A stretch of DNA of 64,000 nt from Longimicrobiales bacterium (GCA_965202805.1 OZ241869.1:1056001-1120000), one strand, 5' to 3'; numbered from the stretch's first letter, positions 1-9,655 are shown. Notes: generated by a model not told the origin, from the sequence alone. Made by a program: numbers and translations.

Positions 1-307
1 AGCCCAGTTCCTCGGCGACCAGAACCCCCAGCACGAGGATGGCGTCGGTGGAGCCGAGGACGATGGCGGCCGGTGCGACGTCGTTGCGCAGCAGCTCGAG
101 CATGATGGCGCTGGAGGAACTGGAGCCGATCGCGCGCTCCATGACCAGGATGCGGCCGCTCAGGGATTCGCCGTATTGCGGGTGCCGGGGATCGGAGACG
201 CGTCCGGTTTCGGGATCCACTCCTCCCCAGAAGCTGAGGGGGCGCTCGAGCACGAGCAGCCGGCCGCGGCCTTCCCCAGGGTGTACGGGGATGCCGGTCA
301 GCTCCAC
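1..307 (-). CDS. Aconitase X swivel (small) subunit, DUF126; 3' end runs off the window
   Basis: Manual translation from GTG at 307: MELTGIPVHPGEGRGRLLVLERPLSFWGGVDPETGRVSDPRHPQYGESLSGRILVMERAIGSSSSSAIMLELLRN. The LSFWGGVDP and GSSSSS motifs are typical of DUF126. Lies downstream of the AcnX large subunit. Confidence 0.85.
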   Translation of the reverse strand, partial: MELTGIPVHPGEGRGRLLVLERPLSFWGGVDPETGRVSDPRHPQYGESLSGRILVMERAIGSSSSSAIMLELLRNDVAPAAIVLGSTDAILVLGVLVAEELG

Positions 308-392
308 AGGCCCTCCGCGCGCGCCTCGGTGCACCGTCGCCCGCCTCGTTCCCCCGCGAACATGGACCGCCCTGTCAGCTCCACAGGCCCTC
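297..392. repeat. 19-bp direct repeat gtcagctccacaggccctc (297-315 and 374-392) duplicating the acnX stop / DUF126 start junction
   Basis: Exact match read in the sequence; period 77 bp. Confidence 0.9.
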
Positions 393-1679
393 GTCGCGGG
401 TGACGCGTCCGGTCACGGCCGAACGCACGCAGTCCTCCAGGCTGCCGTAGACGACGTCGTAGCCGGTGGTGGCGGGGGTGTAGTGCGCGAACTTCCCGGA
501 GTTGGTCATCAGCGCGCTCCCGCGGGCGGGCAGAATGGGCGCGACCACGACGCAGGTGTCGGCCACGATCTCGACCCCGGCCTCCTCGAATCGCGGCAGG
601 CGTCCGCTCGCCTCCAGCCGCTGGACCTCGACCCTTCCCGTGCAGACGTAGAAGGGAATCCTGAAAGGCTCCTGCGGAAGCAGCCCCTCGAGGAGTGAGA
701 ACTCGTCCCGCGAAAAGTGCGGGCTGCCCAGCGCCACCGCGTCGATCTGCTCCGTGCCCGTTGTGCTGAGCGCGTCCCGCACCCGCCGGAGTTCGCTTGC
801 GCCGGGGGCGAGAACGGCGTCTGGTGCCTCCCCGCCGAGCGCCGCCGCGAGATCCGGGGCCTCCGGGGTGACGCCTTCGACGTGGAAGAGCCCGACCGCG
901 CCGGACGACGCCGACGCCGCCCCCATCGCCTTCAACTGGTCCTCGGTCACGGTCTCGGGGAGTCCGGTGACGACCGCGACCCGCTCGCCGACCGTGGCCC
1001 CGAGCCAGGTGCCCAGCACCGGGTAGAACACGTCACGCTCCTTGAGCACCGGGTTGATCGCACCGGTGTCCACCACCACCGTGGCCCGCCGGTTCTCCTC
1101 GAGGTGGAGGCCGGTGCGGGGTGCGCGGCCCGCCAGCGCACAGCAGATGTCCATGAAGTCGCCGTAGCGGTTGGTGCGGCCGCCGAGCACCGAGTTGGCG
1201 AAGACCACGGCGTTGCTCTCTCCCCAGGCGACGTCCTGACCGCGCCGCGGCCGGTGCCCCGCCTGGTAGGGCGCGCAGGTCCAGGTCGGGCGGCAGCCCA
1301 GGTTCTCGTAGGCCCTCATCTGGCGGAGCGCCATCTCCCGGCGATGGCCGGCGGAACGCACCCGGCGCGGGTGGAGCAGGTCGAGGGCCCCGACGTTCAG
1401 CGTGGTGGGCACGGCCACCTTCCCGCCAAGGGAGACGAGCCGCTCGGCGAACTCGACGCCGCCGTCGCCGTGATGGAGGCAGCCGTCGATGTGGGCGGAG
1501 GCCACGGGCACCAGCTCCCGGGCCCCGAGGATGCGCGCCATGCGCACCACGATGCGCATCGCCAGCTGCGGCGCGGGACCGCGTGCGCCGCTCAGGACCG
1601 CGCGTTCTTCGTCAGAGAGGGTCGGGGAGGCCGGCGCCGTGATCACGGCCTGGTCGCGTGCGCGCATCTCAGGACTCAT
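375..1679 (-). CDS. Aconitase X catalytic subunit (DUF521; cis-3-hydroxy-L-proline dehydratase-like)
   Basis: Motifs SAHIDGC, TCAPYQ, WGESNAVVFANSVLGGRTNR, GSPHFS, DTC, TNSGKFAHY. Start placed at ATG 1679. Confidence 0.85.
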   Translation of the reverse strand: MSPEMRARDQAVITAPASPTLSDEERAVLSGARGPAPQLAMRIVVRMARILGARELVPVASAHIDGCLHHGDGGVEFAERLVSLGGKVAVPTTLNVGALDLLHPRRVRSAGHRREMALRQMRAYENLGCRPTWTCAPYQAGHRPRRGQDVAWGESNAVVFANSVLGGRTNRYGDFMDICCALAGRAPRTGLHLEENRRATVVVDTGAINPVLKERDVFYPVLGTWLGATVGERVAVVTGLPETVTEDQLKAMGAASASSGAVGLFHVEGVTPEAPDLAAALGGEAPDAVLAPGASELRRVRDALSTTGTEQIDAVALGSPHFSRDEFSLLEGLLPQEPFRIPFYVCTGRVEVQRLEASGRLPRFEEAGVEIVADTCVVVAPILPARGSALMTNSGKFAHYTPATTGYDVVYGSLEDCVRSAVTGRVTRDEGLWS

Positions 1680-1720
1680 TGCTCTCCGGTGAACGGCCTC
1701 ATTGCTTTCCGGTGAACGGC
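1675..1720. repeat. 23-bp tandem duplication (1 mismatch) spanning the hutI stop / acnX start junction
   Basis: ctcattgctctccggtgaacggc followed by ctcattgctttccggtgaacggc. Confidence 0.9.
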
Positions 1721-2961
1721 GCCCGGTCGTACACCTCCCCACCCCGCACCACGGTCCGGCAGGGGTTGGCGCCGATCCAGTAGCTCAACTCCGCCGGATG
1801 GTCCACGTCCCAGAGCGCCAGGTCCGCGCGCATGCCCGGCGAAACTACGCCCACCTCCCCCTGCAGGCCCAGCACCGGCGCGGCGTGACGCGTCATCCCG
1901 GCCAGCGCTTCCTCGGGCGTCAGGCCGAAGAGGACGCAGGCCATGTTCATCGCGAGCAGCGGGGATGTGACGGGCGACGAGCCGGGGTTCAGGTCGGTCG
2001 CGACCGCGATGGGCACGCCGTGACGCCGCAGCGCGTCCACGGGCGGCCGGCGGGACTCGCCCAGAGTGTAATACGCCCCGGGCAGAAGGACCGCAGTGGT
2101 CCCCGCGGCGGCCAGTGCACGGCAGCCGGCGTCCGTCGCGTACTCCAGGTGGTCGGCGGAGCGGGCGCGATACCGGGCGGCGAGTTCGGCCCCGCCAAGG
2201 GATGAGAGCTGGTCGGCGTGCAGGCGCACCGGCAGCCCATGGGCGGTGGCTGCTTCGAAGACGCGCGCGCACTCCGCCGGAGTGAAGGCGATGCCCTCGC
2301 AGAACCCGTCCACGGCGTGCGCGAGGCCTTCGGCGGCCGCGCGCGGGATGACCGTCCCGCATACCAGGTCGAGATAGGCGTCACGGCGGTCCTCGTACTC
2401 GGGCGGCAGCGCGTGCGCGGCGAGGAGAGTGCGCGATACGCCTGCGGCGAGGCGTTCTCCCAGGGTGCGGGCTACCCGCAGCATCCTCAGCTCGGTGTCG
2501 ACATCAAGGCCGTAACCGGACTTTATCTCAACCGTGGTAACGCCATGCGCGACAAGAGCTTCAAGTCTCCATGACGATGTATTGTAGAGCTGCGTTTCGG
2601 TCGCTGCCCGGGTCGCCGCCACGGTCGAACGGATGCCGCCACCAGCCCGTGCGATCTCCTCGTAGCTGCTGCCCCGCAGGCGCATTTCGAATTCACCCGC
2701 GCGCGTACCCGCAAATACGAGATGGGTGTGACAGTCGATGAGCCCGGGGGTAAGCCACCCACCTGCTCCGTCCAGGGTGCGGGAAGCGCCCGCAGTCGCC
2801 TCGCGGGGAGCCGCGCGCGCAGCCCCAACCCACGTGATTCTCCCACCGGCGACCGCCACCAGTCCATCGCGCACCACGCCGTATGCCTCGCCCGTGTCCG
2901 CCATGGTGGCGACATGGACGTTGCGGATCAGCAGGTCCGGCGCGCCGGGCTTCCCGTTCAG
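1699..2961 (-). CDS. hutI: Imidazolonepropionase; start uncertain, probably CTG at 2961
   Basis: [56 protein letters not shown] motifs. Divergent from hutF. Confidence 0.9.
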   Translation of the reverse strand: MNGKPGAPDLLIRNVHVATMADTGEAYGVVRDGLVAVAGGRITWVGAARAAPREATAGASRTLDGAGGWLTPGLIDCHTHLVFAGTRAGEFEMRLRGSSYEEIARAGGGIRSTVAATRAATETQLYNTSSWRLEALVAHGVTTVEIKSGYGLDVDTELRMLRVARTLGERLAAGVSRTLLAAHALPPEYEDRRDAYLDLVCGTVIPRAAAEGLAHAVDGFCEGIAFTPAECARVFEAATAHGLPVRLHADQLSSLGGAELAARYRARSADHLEYATDAGCRALAAAGTTAVLLPGAYYTLGESRRPPVDALRRHGVPIAVATDLNPGSSPVTSPLLAMNMACVLFGLTPEEALAGMTRHAAPVLGLQGEVGVVSPGMRADLALWDVDHPAELSYWIGANPCRTVVRGGEVYDRAPFTGKQ

Positions 2962-2973
2962 ATCATCCTCCCG

Positions 2974-3022
2974 TCTGCCATTTTGGCAGACTTTTTCGCG
3001 TAGCCTGCCATTTTGGCAGACT
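2974..3022. promoter_or_regulatory. Two copies (period 30 bp) of the palindrome (T)CTGCCA-TTT-TGGCAGA; candidate operator in the hutI/hutF divergent region
   Basis: ctgccattttggcagact at 2975-2992 and 3005-3022. The function is inferred from position. Confidence 0.5.
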
Positions 3023-3198
3023 CCATGACCGTTGTCTGCGCGCCGCGCCAGCGCAAATGCCAACCCGGCGCCACGACACTTGTTCAAGATAGCGCGTGCC
3101 CCGGGTTCGTCCCGCAGGCGCGTCGCGGCCGCCCTGTCCGGCGCTTCCCTCACCGAACCCGACGTCTCGACGTGTCGGGCGCGCATGAACCTTGTTCG

Positions 3199-3234
3199 TT
3201 GACCGCACCCCCGTTCCCGAGTACCGTCCCGCCC
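3199..3234 (+). promoter_or_regulatory. Sigma70-type promoter for a leaderless hutF transcript
   Basis: TTGACC (3199-3204), 17 bp, TACCGT (3222-3227), 7 bp, ATG 3235. No SD sequence. Confidence 0.6.
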
Positions 3235-4614
3235 ATGCACGCCCTCTACTTCGATCTGGCGCTGCTGCCCGGCGGCTGGGCGCGCGATGTGCGCGTCGAG
3301 CTGTCCCCCAACGGTGATTTCGGGGAGATACTGCCCGGCGGAACCCCGGAAGGAACACAACGCGTCGCCGGCGCGGTCGTTCCCGGCATCCCCAACGTGC
3401 ACTCCCACGCATTCCAGCGGGCGATGGCGGGTCTCACAGAGCGCGGCAGCACGGCCGAATACGGGTTCTGGAGCTGGCGCGAGCAGATGTACGCCTTTCT
3501 GGCGCATCTTTCGCCGGACGATGTGCAGGTCATCGCGTCGCAGCTCTATGCCGAGATGCTGCGCCACGGGTACACCGCGGTGGCCGAGTTCCACTACCTG
3601 CGCAACGACCCGGGGGGGCGGCCCTACGCCATGCCCCACGAGATGGCCCTGCGCCTTCACGAGGCCGCAGCCGCCGCCGGGATCGGGCTGACGCTGTTGC
3701 CCGCGCTCTACCGGGTCGCGGACTTCGGGGCGGACGCGCCGCTTGCGGAGCAGCGCCGGTTTGTCGCCACGGTCGACGAGATCATCGCCGACAGCGCCGC
3801 GCTCCGGCGGGAGGTCGCGGGGGACGGCAATCGCCGCATCGGCCTGGCGCTGCACTCGTTGCGGGCGGTGCCCCCCGGTGACCTGACCGACGCCGTCACG
3901 GCACTGGAGGCAGCCGACGCCGACGCCCCCATACACATCCACGTCGCCGAACAGGTGACCGAGGTGCGGGCGTGCCTGTCCTGGAGCGGGGCGGCCCCGG
4001 TCGAGTGGCTGCTCGACCACGCGCCGGTCGACGGCCGCTGGTGCGCGGTGCACGCCACCCACATGACCGGGGAGGAGACGCGCGCTCTGGCCGCCTCGGG
4101 CGCGATAGCGGGGCTCTGCCCGACCACCGAGGCCAACCTGGGCGACGGGGTCTTTCCGCTCGCGAGCTATCTGGTCGCCGGCGGCCGGTGGGGGGTGGGG
4201 AGCGACTCCCACGTCAGCGTCAGCCCGGTTGCGGACCTGCGGATGCTCGAGTACTCGCAGCGGCTCACCATGCACGAGCGCAACGTCGCCGGAGGTCGCA
4301 AGGCTCACTCAACGGGGCGGGCCCTGCTGGAGGGCGCCTGGGCGGGGGGCGCTCAGGCGAGCGGACGGCGGCTGGGCGCGATCCGACCGGGATTCCGCGC
4401 CGACCTGGTCGTCCTCGACACCGACCATCCAGCCCTGGTGGGGAAGGATGAGGACCGGCTGCTCGACGCCTGGATCTTCAGCGGCGAGGACACCCCCGTG
4501 CGCGACGTGATGGTGGGCGGCGCCTGGGTGGTGGAGGACGGGCGCCACCGCGGGCAGGAGGAGATCGCGACCGCGTACCGGGCGGTAGCGCGGAAGCTCG
4601 CCGCCAGCCTCTAA
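3235..4614 (+). CDS. hutF: Formimidoylglutamate deiminase
   Basis: [63 protein letters not shown] motifs. Confidence 0.93.
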   Translation: MHALYFDLALLPGGWARDVRVELSPNGDFGEILPGGTPEGTQRVAGAVVPGIPNVHSHAFQRAMAGLTERGSTAEYGFWSWREQMYAFLAHLSPDDVQVIASQLYAEMLRHGYTAVAEFHYLRNDPGGRPYAMPHEMALRLHEAAAAAGIGLTLLPALYRVADFGADAPLAEQRRFVATVDEIIADSAALRREVAGDGNRRIGLALHSLRAVPPGDLTDAVTALEAADADAPIHIHVAEQVTEVRACLSWSGAAPVEWLLDHAPVDGRWCAVHATHMTGEETRALAASGAIAGLCPTTEANLGDGVFPLASYLVAGGRWGVGSDSHVSVSPVADLRMLEYSQRLTMHERNVAGGRKAHSTGRALLEGAWAGGAQASGRRLGAIRPGFRADLVVLDTDHPALVGKDEDRLLDAWIFSGEDTPVRDVMVGGAWVVEDGRHRGQEEIATAYRAVARKLAASL

Positions 4615-4699
4615 GTTAGCTAGATTAGCTAGATCGCCTGGAAGCAGCGTTCCAGCGAGATCTGTCTCGGGAGGGTCGTGTCGGGCGCGCCTCGCTACG

Positions 4700-5353
4700 C
4701 TACCCCTGCATCGGCACGCTCTGCGTGCGCACGATCAGCTCGATGTCCCAGATGGCCTCGGCCACCGCTCGCCCGATCAGCTCCATGCGGCGCACGTCGC
4801 TGATCCGCGACTGGACGTTCTTCAGTTCGCGTTTAGACAGCAGCCACTTGAAGATCCCGCAGGCATCCGCGAGCGCGATGATCACGATGTCGCGCGGATC
4901 GGGGATCATGTCGCTGAAGAGCACCTCCATGATGCGCAGCTTCACCTCGCGTTCCGCCTTGCCGTCCACGACCGGATAGCGCCGCGAACGGAAGACCCAC
5001 AGGAAGCGCTCGTCGTGGCGCGCCAGGATGCCCTTCGAAACCAGCCGCTCGAGCGCGGTCTCGCGGATGTCGGCGGCGCGGCCCGCGGCGTGTTCCACCC
5101 AGTAGCGCGCGTCGTGGGCGTCCTCGGCGCGTGCGATCTCCTCCAGCATCGGATCCAGCAGGCTGTCGCCGAGCGGCGTCGCGTCGACCAGGTAGAGCCT
5201 CTCCAGATCGGTGTCGACGCGGTTCTCGAGCGCCAGGTCCATCAGCACGCCTCCCCCGAGGGCGTAGTTGAGCGACCAGCTGGGGACGTGCGCGAACGTG
5301 CCGTTCTCGTCATCGAGCAACAGCAGCAGGATCTCCTCGGCGAATCTCAACAC
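4700..5353 (-). CDS. GPP34 (GOLPH3/Vps74-like) family protein
   Basis: Starts MLRFAEEILLLLLDDE; contains LGGGVLMDLALENRV, LERLVSKGIL, FRSRRYP. GGAG SD upstream of GTG 5353. Confidence 0.75.
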   Translation of the reverse strand: MLRFAEEILLLLLDDENGTFAHVPSWSLNYALGGGVLMDLALENRVDTDLERLYLVDATPLGDSLLDPMLEEIARAEDAHDARYWVEHAAGRAADIRETALERLVSKGILARHDERFLWVFRSRRYPVVDGKAEREVKLRIMEVLFSDMIPDPRDIVIIALADACGIFKWLLSKRELKNVQSRISDVRRMELIGRAVAEAIWDIELIVRTQSVPMQG

Positions 5354-5402
5354 GGCGGCTTCTCCCCTGGGGTCTTTGGCGCCGAAAAAGCAACTGCGGT
5401 CA

Positions 5403-6347
5403 TTATGCCTTGTTTCCCGATGAACGGGAACCCGTTCCCTCTCCGGGTCGCAAGCCCCGGCCCCGGGACTCCGGTCGCAGCGACTCCATGAATCCGTCCG
5501 ACAACCGCCCCGCCGCCACCGCCTGCACCGGCCCCAGCAGCGTGACCTCCAGCTCCCGGGAGACATTCACCTGCAGCGTGCCGCCCTCCATGCGCACCTC
5601 GATGTCGCCGTAGTCCACCAACCCGCGCCCGGCCGCCGCCACCGCCGCCGCACACGAACTGGTCCCGGAGGCCCGGGTGTACCCGACACCCCGCTCCCAG
5701 ATGGCGATTTCGACGCAGCCGCGCGCGACGGGCCGGGCCAACTGCACGTTCACGCCCGCCGGGAACGCTTCGTGGGCCGTCAGGAAGGGACCCAGGCGGG
5801 AGAGCGCGGCAGCGGACAGGTCGCCGGTGAACACCACGCAATGGGGGTTGCCGACGCTCACCGGGCTGCAGTCGAGCGTCCCCTCCGCCGGGTGGGCGAG
5901 CGGCCGCCCCCGCCACTCGGACGCAAGCCCCGCATCGGCGGGGTCCAGCGACGCGCGTCCCATCTCGACCGATACGTCGTGGACGCCACCTCCCAGGCTC
6001 CTCTCCACGCGCATGCGCACGCGGTCCCCCCCGACCTCCACCGCGAAGGCCTCGCCCCCGACCCAGCCCCGCGACGCCGCGTACGCCGCGAAGACGCGCA
6101 GCCCGTTGCCGCTCCGCTCGAACTCCGAGCCGTCCGGATTGAACATCCGCAGGCGCCAGGGACGCTCCTCCGGCGGCGAGTGCAGGACGATGCCGTCGGC
6201 ACCCACGCCCCGCCACCGGTCACAGACGGCGCGCACCGCCCCCGGCGATGCGGCCCATCCGTCCCCGAACGGAAAGACGAGATAGTCGTTGCCCAGGCCG
6301 TGGCCCTTGAAGAAGCCGGCCCCCGCGCGCGGGCGGCCAGCGGTCAT
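5403..6347 (-). CDS. dapF: Diaminopimelate epimerase-fold protein with Ser at both catalytic Cys positions
   Basis: KGHGLGNDY, GVGADG, FNPDGSEFERSGNGLR, VGNPHCV, WERGVGYTRASGTSSCA. ATGA overlap with the pdxH stop. Confidence 0.75.
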   Translation of the reverse strand: MTAGRPRAGAGFFKGHGLGNDYLVFPFGDGWAASPGAVRAVCDRWRGVGADGIVLHSPPEERPWRLRMFNPDGSEFERSGNGLRVFAAYAASRGWVGGEAFAVEVGGDRVRMRVERSLGGGVHDVSVEMGRASLDPADAGLASEWRGRPLAHPAEGTLDCSPVSVGNPHCVVFTGDLSAAALSRLGPFLTAHEAFPAGVNVQLARPVARGCVEIAIWERGVGYTRASGTSSCAAAVAAAGRGLVDYGDIEVRMEGGTLQVNVSRELEVTLLGPVQAVAAGRLSDGFMESLRPESRGRGLRPGEGTGSRSSGNKA

Positions 6348-6997
6348 GGATGGAGCCGCCGGGTGCTCCACCCGTCCTCCTCGCGCTGGAATACCAGCCG
6401 GTCATGGAGCCGATCCGCGCGCCCCTGCCAGAACTCGATGCGCTGCGGATCGAGCCGGTAGCCGCCCCAGAAATCGGGCAGAGGCACGTCCCCGCCCTCG
6501 AACCTCCGCTCCAGCTCGCGCACCCGCCGCTCCAGCGCCGCACGCTCCTCCAGCGGCTCGCTCTGCCGCGACGCCCACGCGCCGATCTGGCTCCCGCGCG
6601 GCCGGGTGCGGAAATAGGCGGCCGCCACCTCGGGACTCAGCTGCTCCACCCCGCCCTCGATGCGCACCTGGCGCTGGAGCACGCCCCAGTGAAAGCAGAG
6701 GGCGGCCCGGGGGTTCGCCGTCAACTCGTCCGCCTTGCGGCTGCCCAGGTTGGTGTAGAACTCGAACCCGTCCTCGCCGAACCCCTTGAGCAGCACCATG
6801 CGCGCGCTGGGAGCGCCATCGGCGGACGCGGTTGCCAGCGTCATCGCCTCGGGCAGCACAATGCCGGCCTTGCGCGCGGCGTCGAACCACTGCCCGAAGA
6901 GCTCGACGGGATCCAGTCCCGGATCCACATCCGGGAGCCCGCGGGTCAGGCCGCGTCCAAGCGAGAAGACCAGGCGCAGGTTCGATTTGAGCGACAT
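6344..6997 (-). CDS. pdxH: Pyridoxamine 5'-phosphate oxidase
   Basis: AMTLAT, PSARMVLLKG, FYTN, RQVRIEG, YFRTRPRGSQIGAWAS, WGGY, EFWQGRADRLHDR. Confidence 0.95.
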   Translation of the reverse strand: MSLKSNLRLVFSLGRGLTRGLPDVDPGLDPVELFGQWFDAARKAGIVLPEAMTLATASADGAPSARMVLLKGFGEDGFEFYTNLGSRKADELTANPRAALCFHWGVLQRQVRIEGGVEQLSPEVAAAYFRTRPRGSQIGAWASRQSEPLEERAALERRVRELERRFEGGDVPLPDFWGGYRLDPQRIEFWQGRADRLHDRLVFQREEDGWSTRRLHP

Positions 6998-7006
6998 GAC
7001 AGTATG

Positions 7007-8263
7007 CTATCGTCGAAAACGCGCCGGGCAAAACGGCTCCAGGCGCGGGTCCCCGGCACCCGCAACCTGGTTGGCGACCATTTCGCCCGTAACCGCCGAC
7101 AGCGTGAGCCCGAGGTTGCCGTGCCCCACCGCCGCCGAAAGGCCGGCCACGTCGCCGAGAGGGCCGACGAAGGGCAGCCCGTCCGGCGACATCGGCCGCA
7201 GACCGCACCACTCCGACACCGGCGGAGCGTCGCCGAGGGCGGGCAGCCAGGCACGGGGCTTCAGCGCAAGCTGCTCGAGCCGGACGGGGTTCAGCTCCAG
7301 GTCGTAGCCGGCGAACTCCATCGTCCCCACGAAACGCACCCGCCCCTCCAGCGGCGTACAGATGATGCCCGTCTCGCGGTTGGTGCAGGCGACGCGCATG
7401 GCGGGCGCGCCCCCGGGGCCCACCCCGACCTCGCGGTGGTACCCTTTACCGGGCTGAACGGGGAGACGGCACCCGGCCTGCCGGGCGAGCGCCAGGCTGA
7501 AGGGACCGGTGGCCAGCACGACCGCGTCGGCCGTGACCCGCTCGCCATCGGCGGTCTCCACCCCCCGCACCGCCCCACCCGCGAAGGTGATGCGCCGCAC
7601 CGCCACGCCCTCGCGGATGGAGACGCCCCTTCGCCGGGCGGCATCCGCCAGACCGAGGAGGAAGAGCCAGGGGTCCAGGATCCGGGTCTCCGGGAACAGG
7701 ACGCCACCCGCCACCCGGGGACCGAGCGCCGGCTCCAGCTCACGCGCCTGACGGCCGTCCACGACCTCGGGGTGGTAGCCGTGCTCCCGCATCAGCGCGG
7801 CGTCCTCACGCGCCTTCGCCATCGCCTTCCCGCCGACGCAGACCTCCAGGTAGTGCCCGCGCCGGTAGTCGCAGGCGATGCCTTCCTCTTCCACGATGGC
7901 GTCGAAGCACGCGAGCGTATCCAGTCCCAGCGGCGCCAGCGTCTCCAGGCAGTGCCGTTCGTGCCGGCGGGTGCAGTGCCGTGCGAACGCGGCCAGCCAT
8001 CGCCAGACGTCCATGTCCCGCCGCGCACGCACGTACAAGGGACTCCGCGCATCGAAGATGTGCGGCAGCGCCTGCCGGACCTTGCCCGGCCGGTTCAGCG
8101 GAGGATGCCCGGCGGCCACGATCCCGGCGTTGCCCCGCGAGGCGCCGGCCCCGATCCCGTTGCGCTCGAGAACGACCACATCCGCCCCGCGTCGCGCCAG
8201 ATACCAGGCCGAGCAGAGGCCGACGAGGCCTCCGCCTGCGACGACGACGCGGGAAGTGGACAT
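7007..8263 (-). CDS. FAD-dependent oxidoreductase, D-amino acid dehydrogenase (DadA-like)
   Basis: GGGLVG Rossmann motif, ASRGNAG, PGKGY, WCGLRP, GHGNLGLT. Confidence 0.85.
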   Translation of the reverse strand: MSTSRVVVAGGGLVGLCSAWYLARRGADVVVLERNGIGAGASRGNAGIVAAGHPPLNRPGKVRQALPHIFDARSPLYVRARRDMDVWRWLAAFARHCTRRHERHCLETLAPLGLDTLACFDAIVEEEGIACDYRRGHYLEVCVGGKAMAKAREDAALMREHGYHPEVVDGRQARELEPALGPRVAGGVLFPETRILDPWLFLLGLADAARRRGVSIREGVAVRRITFAGGAVRGVETADGERVTADAVVLATGPFSLALARQAGCRLPVQPGKGYHREVGVGPGGAPAMRVACTNRETGIICTPLEGRVRFVGTMEFAGYDLELNPVRLEQLALKPRAWLPALGDAPPVSEWCGLRPMSPDGLPFVGPLGDVAGLSAAVGHGNLGLTLSAVTGEMVANQVAGAGDPRLEPFCPARFRR

Positions 8264-8479
8264 GGCGGCTGCGGGAGGCTGTGGGTGATCGGGGTGCGTC
8301 CGCCCGCCCTACCTTGGGCGCCCGCAGGCTGTTCCCTCCTCGGCACAACGGGGCGCGCGCCGCACTTCGGCGGCGTCGCCGATCTCCCTGTCACGGTGGC
8401 GAGCAGGTGGCGGAAGACGGGCGTGACGCGGTATATAGTACGCTCTGGATGCCAATCAACCTGAACACGGCCACGCGCG

Positions 8480-9655
8480 ATGAAATCCTGCCTTTTCCCG
8501 GCGATCCTGCTCCTTGCAGCCTGCAGCCCCTCCGCCGCCTCGACACCGGACGGCCAGACGCCGGGACCGGGACCCGTGGCGGGGGGCAGCCCGGAGCAGG
8601 TCGCGCACCAGGTGGTGACCGTGGTTGACGGCCTGAGCAACCCGTGGGCGGTGGCCTGGCTTCCCGACGGGGACATGCTGGTGACCGAGCGGCAGGGCCG
8701 GCTGCGCATCGTGCGTGACGGAGCGCTCCTGCGCGACCCCGTCGAAGGCGTGCCGGAGGTGCGGGCGCGCGGACAGGGCGGCCTGCTGGACGTGGCGTTA
8801 CACCCGGACTTCGAGAGCAACCGCCTGCTCTACCTGAGCTTCGCGGCGCAGCACGACGACGGCGGCTCCAGCACCGTAGTCGCCCGGGGCCGCTTCGAGA
8901 ACGACGCGCTCACCGGGGTCGAGGAGGTCTGGGTCGCGCAGTCCCGGGGCCGCGACCACTTCGGTTCGCGCCTGGCCTTCGATGCCGACAACTACCTCTA
9001 CATCACCGCGGGCGACCGGCAGGTCTCACCCCGGGGCGGGCTCGCGGAGCTGTCGGCCCACCCGGCGCAGGACCTCTCCACCCACCACGGCGTGGTGGTG
9101 CGCCTGCACGACGACGGGCGCATCCCGGCGGACAATCCGTTCATCGGGCAGGACGGGGCGCTCGACGACATCTACAGCTACGGTCACCGCAACGCCCAGG
9201 GCATGGCCTTCCACCCGGAGACCGGCGACCTGTGGCTCAACGAACACGGGCCGCAGGGCGGAGACGAGGTCAACCTGATCCTGCCGGGCCGCAACTACGG
9301 CTGGCCGGTGGTCGGATACGGGGTCAACTACGGGAGCGGGTCGCGGATCCACGTGGGCAGCCACCGCGACGGAATGGAGCCGCCGGTGCACTACTGGGTG
9401 CCCTCCATCGCCACGTCGGGACTGCTCATCTACACCGGCGACCGCTTCCCGGAGTGGCGCGGCTCGATGTTCGTGGGCGGGCTGGCCGGCCAGCAGCTGG
9501 CGCGCCTGACCCTGGACGGGCACACGGTCACCGGCGAGGAGACGCTGGTCCGCCGCCAGGGCCGCATCCGCGACGTGCGCCAGGGTCCGGACGACCTCAT
9601 CTACCTGGTGTTCGACCGGCCCGGCATGGTCGCCCGCCTGGAACCGGGCAGCTAG
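8480..9655 (+). CDS. PQQ-dependent aldose/sorbosone dehydrogenase (YliI/GSDH family), lipoprotein
   Basis: LAAC lipobox; GQGGLLDV, HFGSRL, YSYGHRNAQG, EHGPQGGDE, GRNYGWP, RIRDV. Confidence 0.9.
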   Translation: MKSCLFPAILLLAACSPSAASTPDGQTPGPGPVAGGSPEQVAHQVVTVVDGLSNPWAVAWLPDGDMLVTERQGRLRIVRDGALLRDPVEGVPEVRARGQGGLLDVALHPDFESNRLLYLSFAAQHDDGGSSTVVARGRFENDALTGVEEVWVAQSRGRDHFGSRLAFDADNYLYITAGDRQVSPRGGLAELSAHPAQDLSTHHGVVVRLHDDGRIPADNPFIGQDGALDDIYSYGHRNAQGMAFHPETGDLWLNEHGPQGGDEVNLILPGRNYGWPVVGYGVNYGSGSRIHVGSHRDGMEPPVHYWVPSIATSGLLIYTGDRFPEWRGSMFVGGLAGQQLARLTLDGHTVTGEETLVRRQGRIRDVRQGPDDLIYLVFDRPGMVARLEPGS

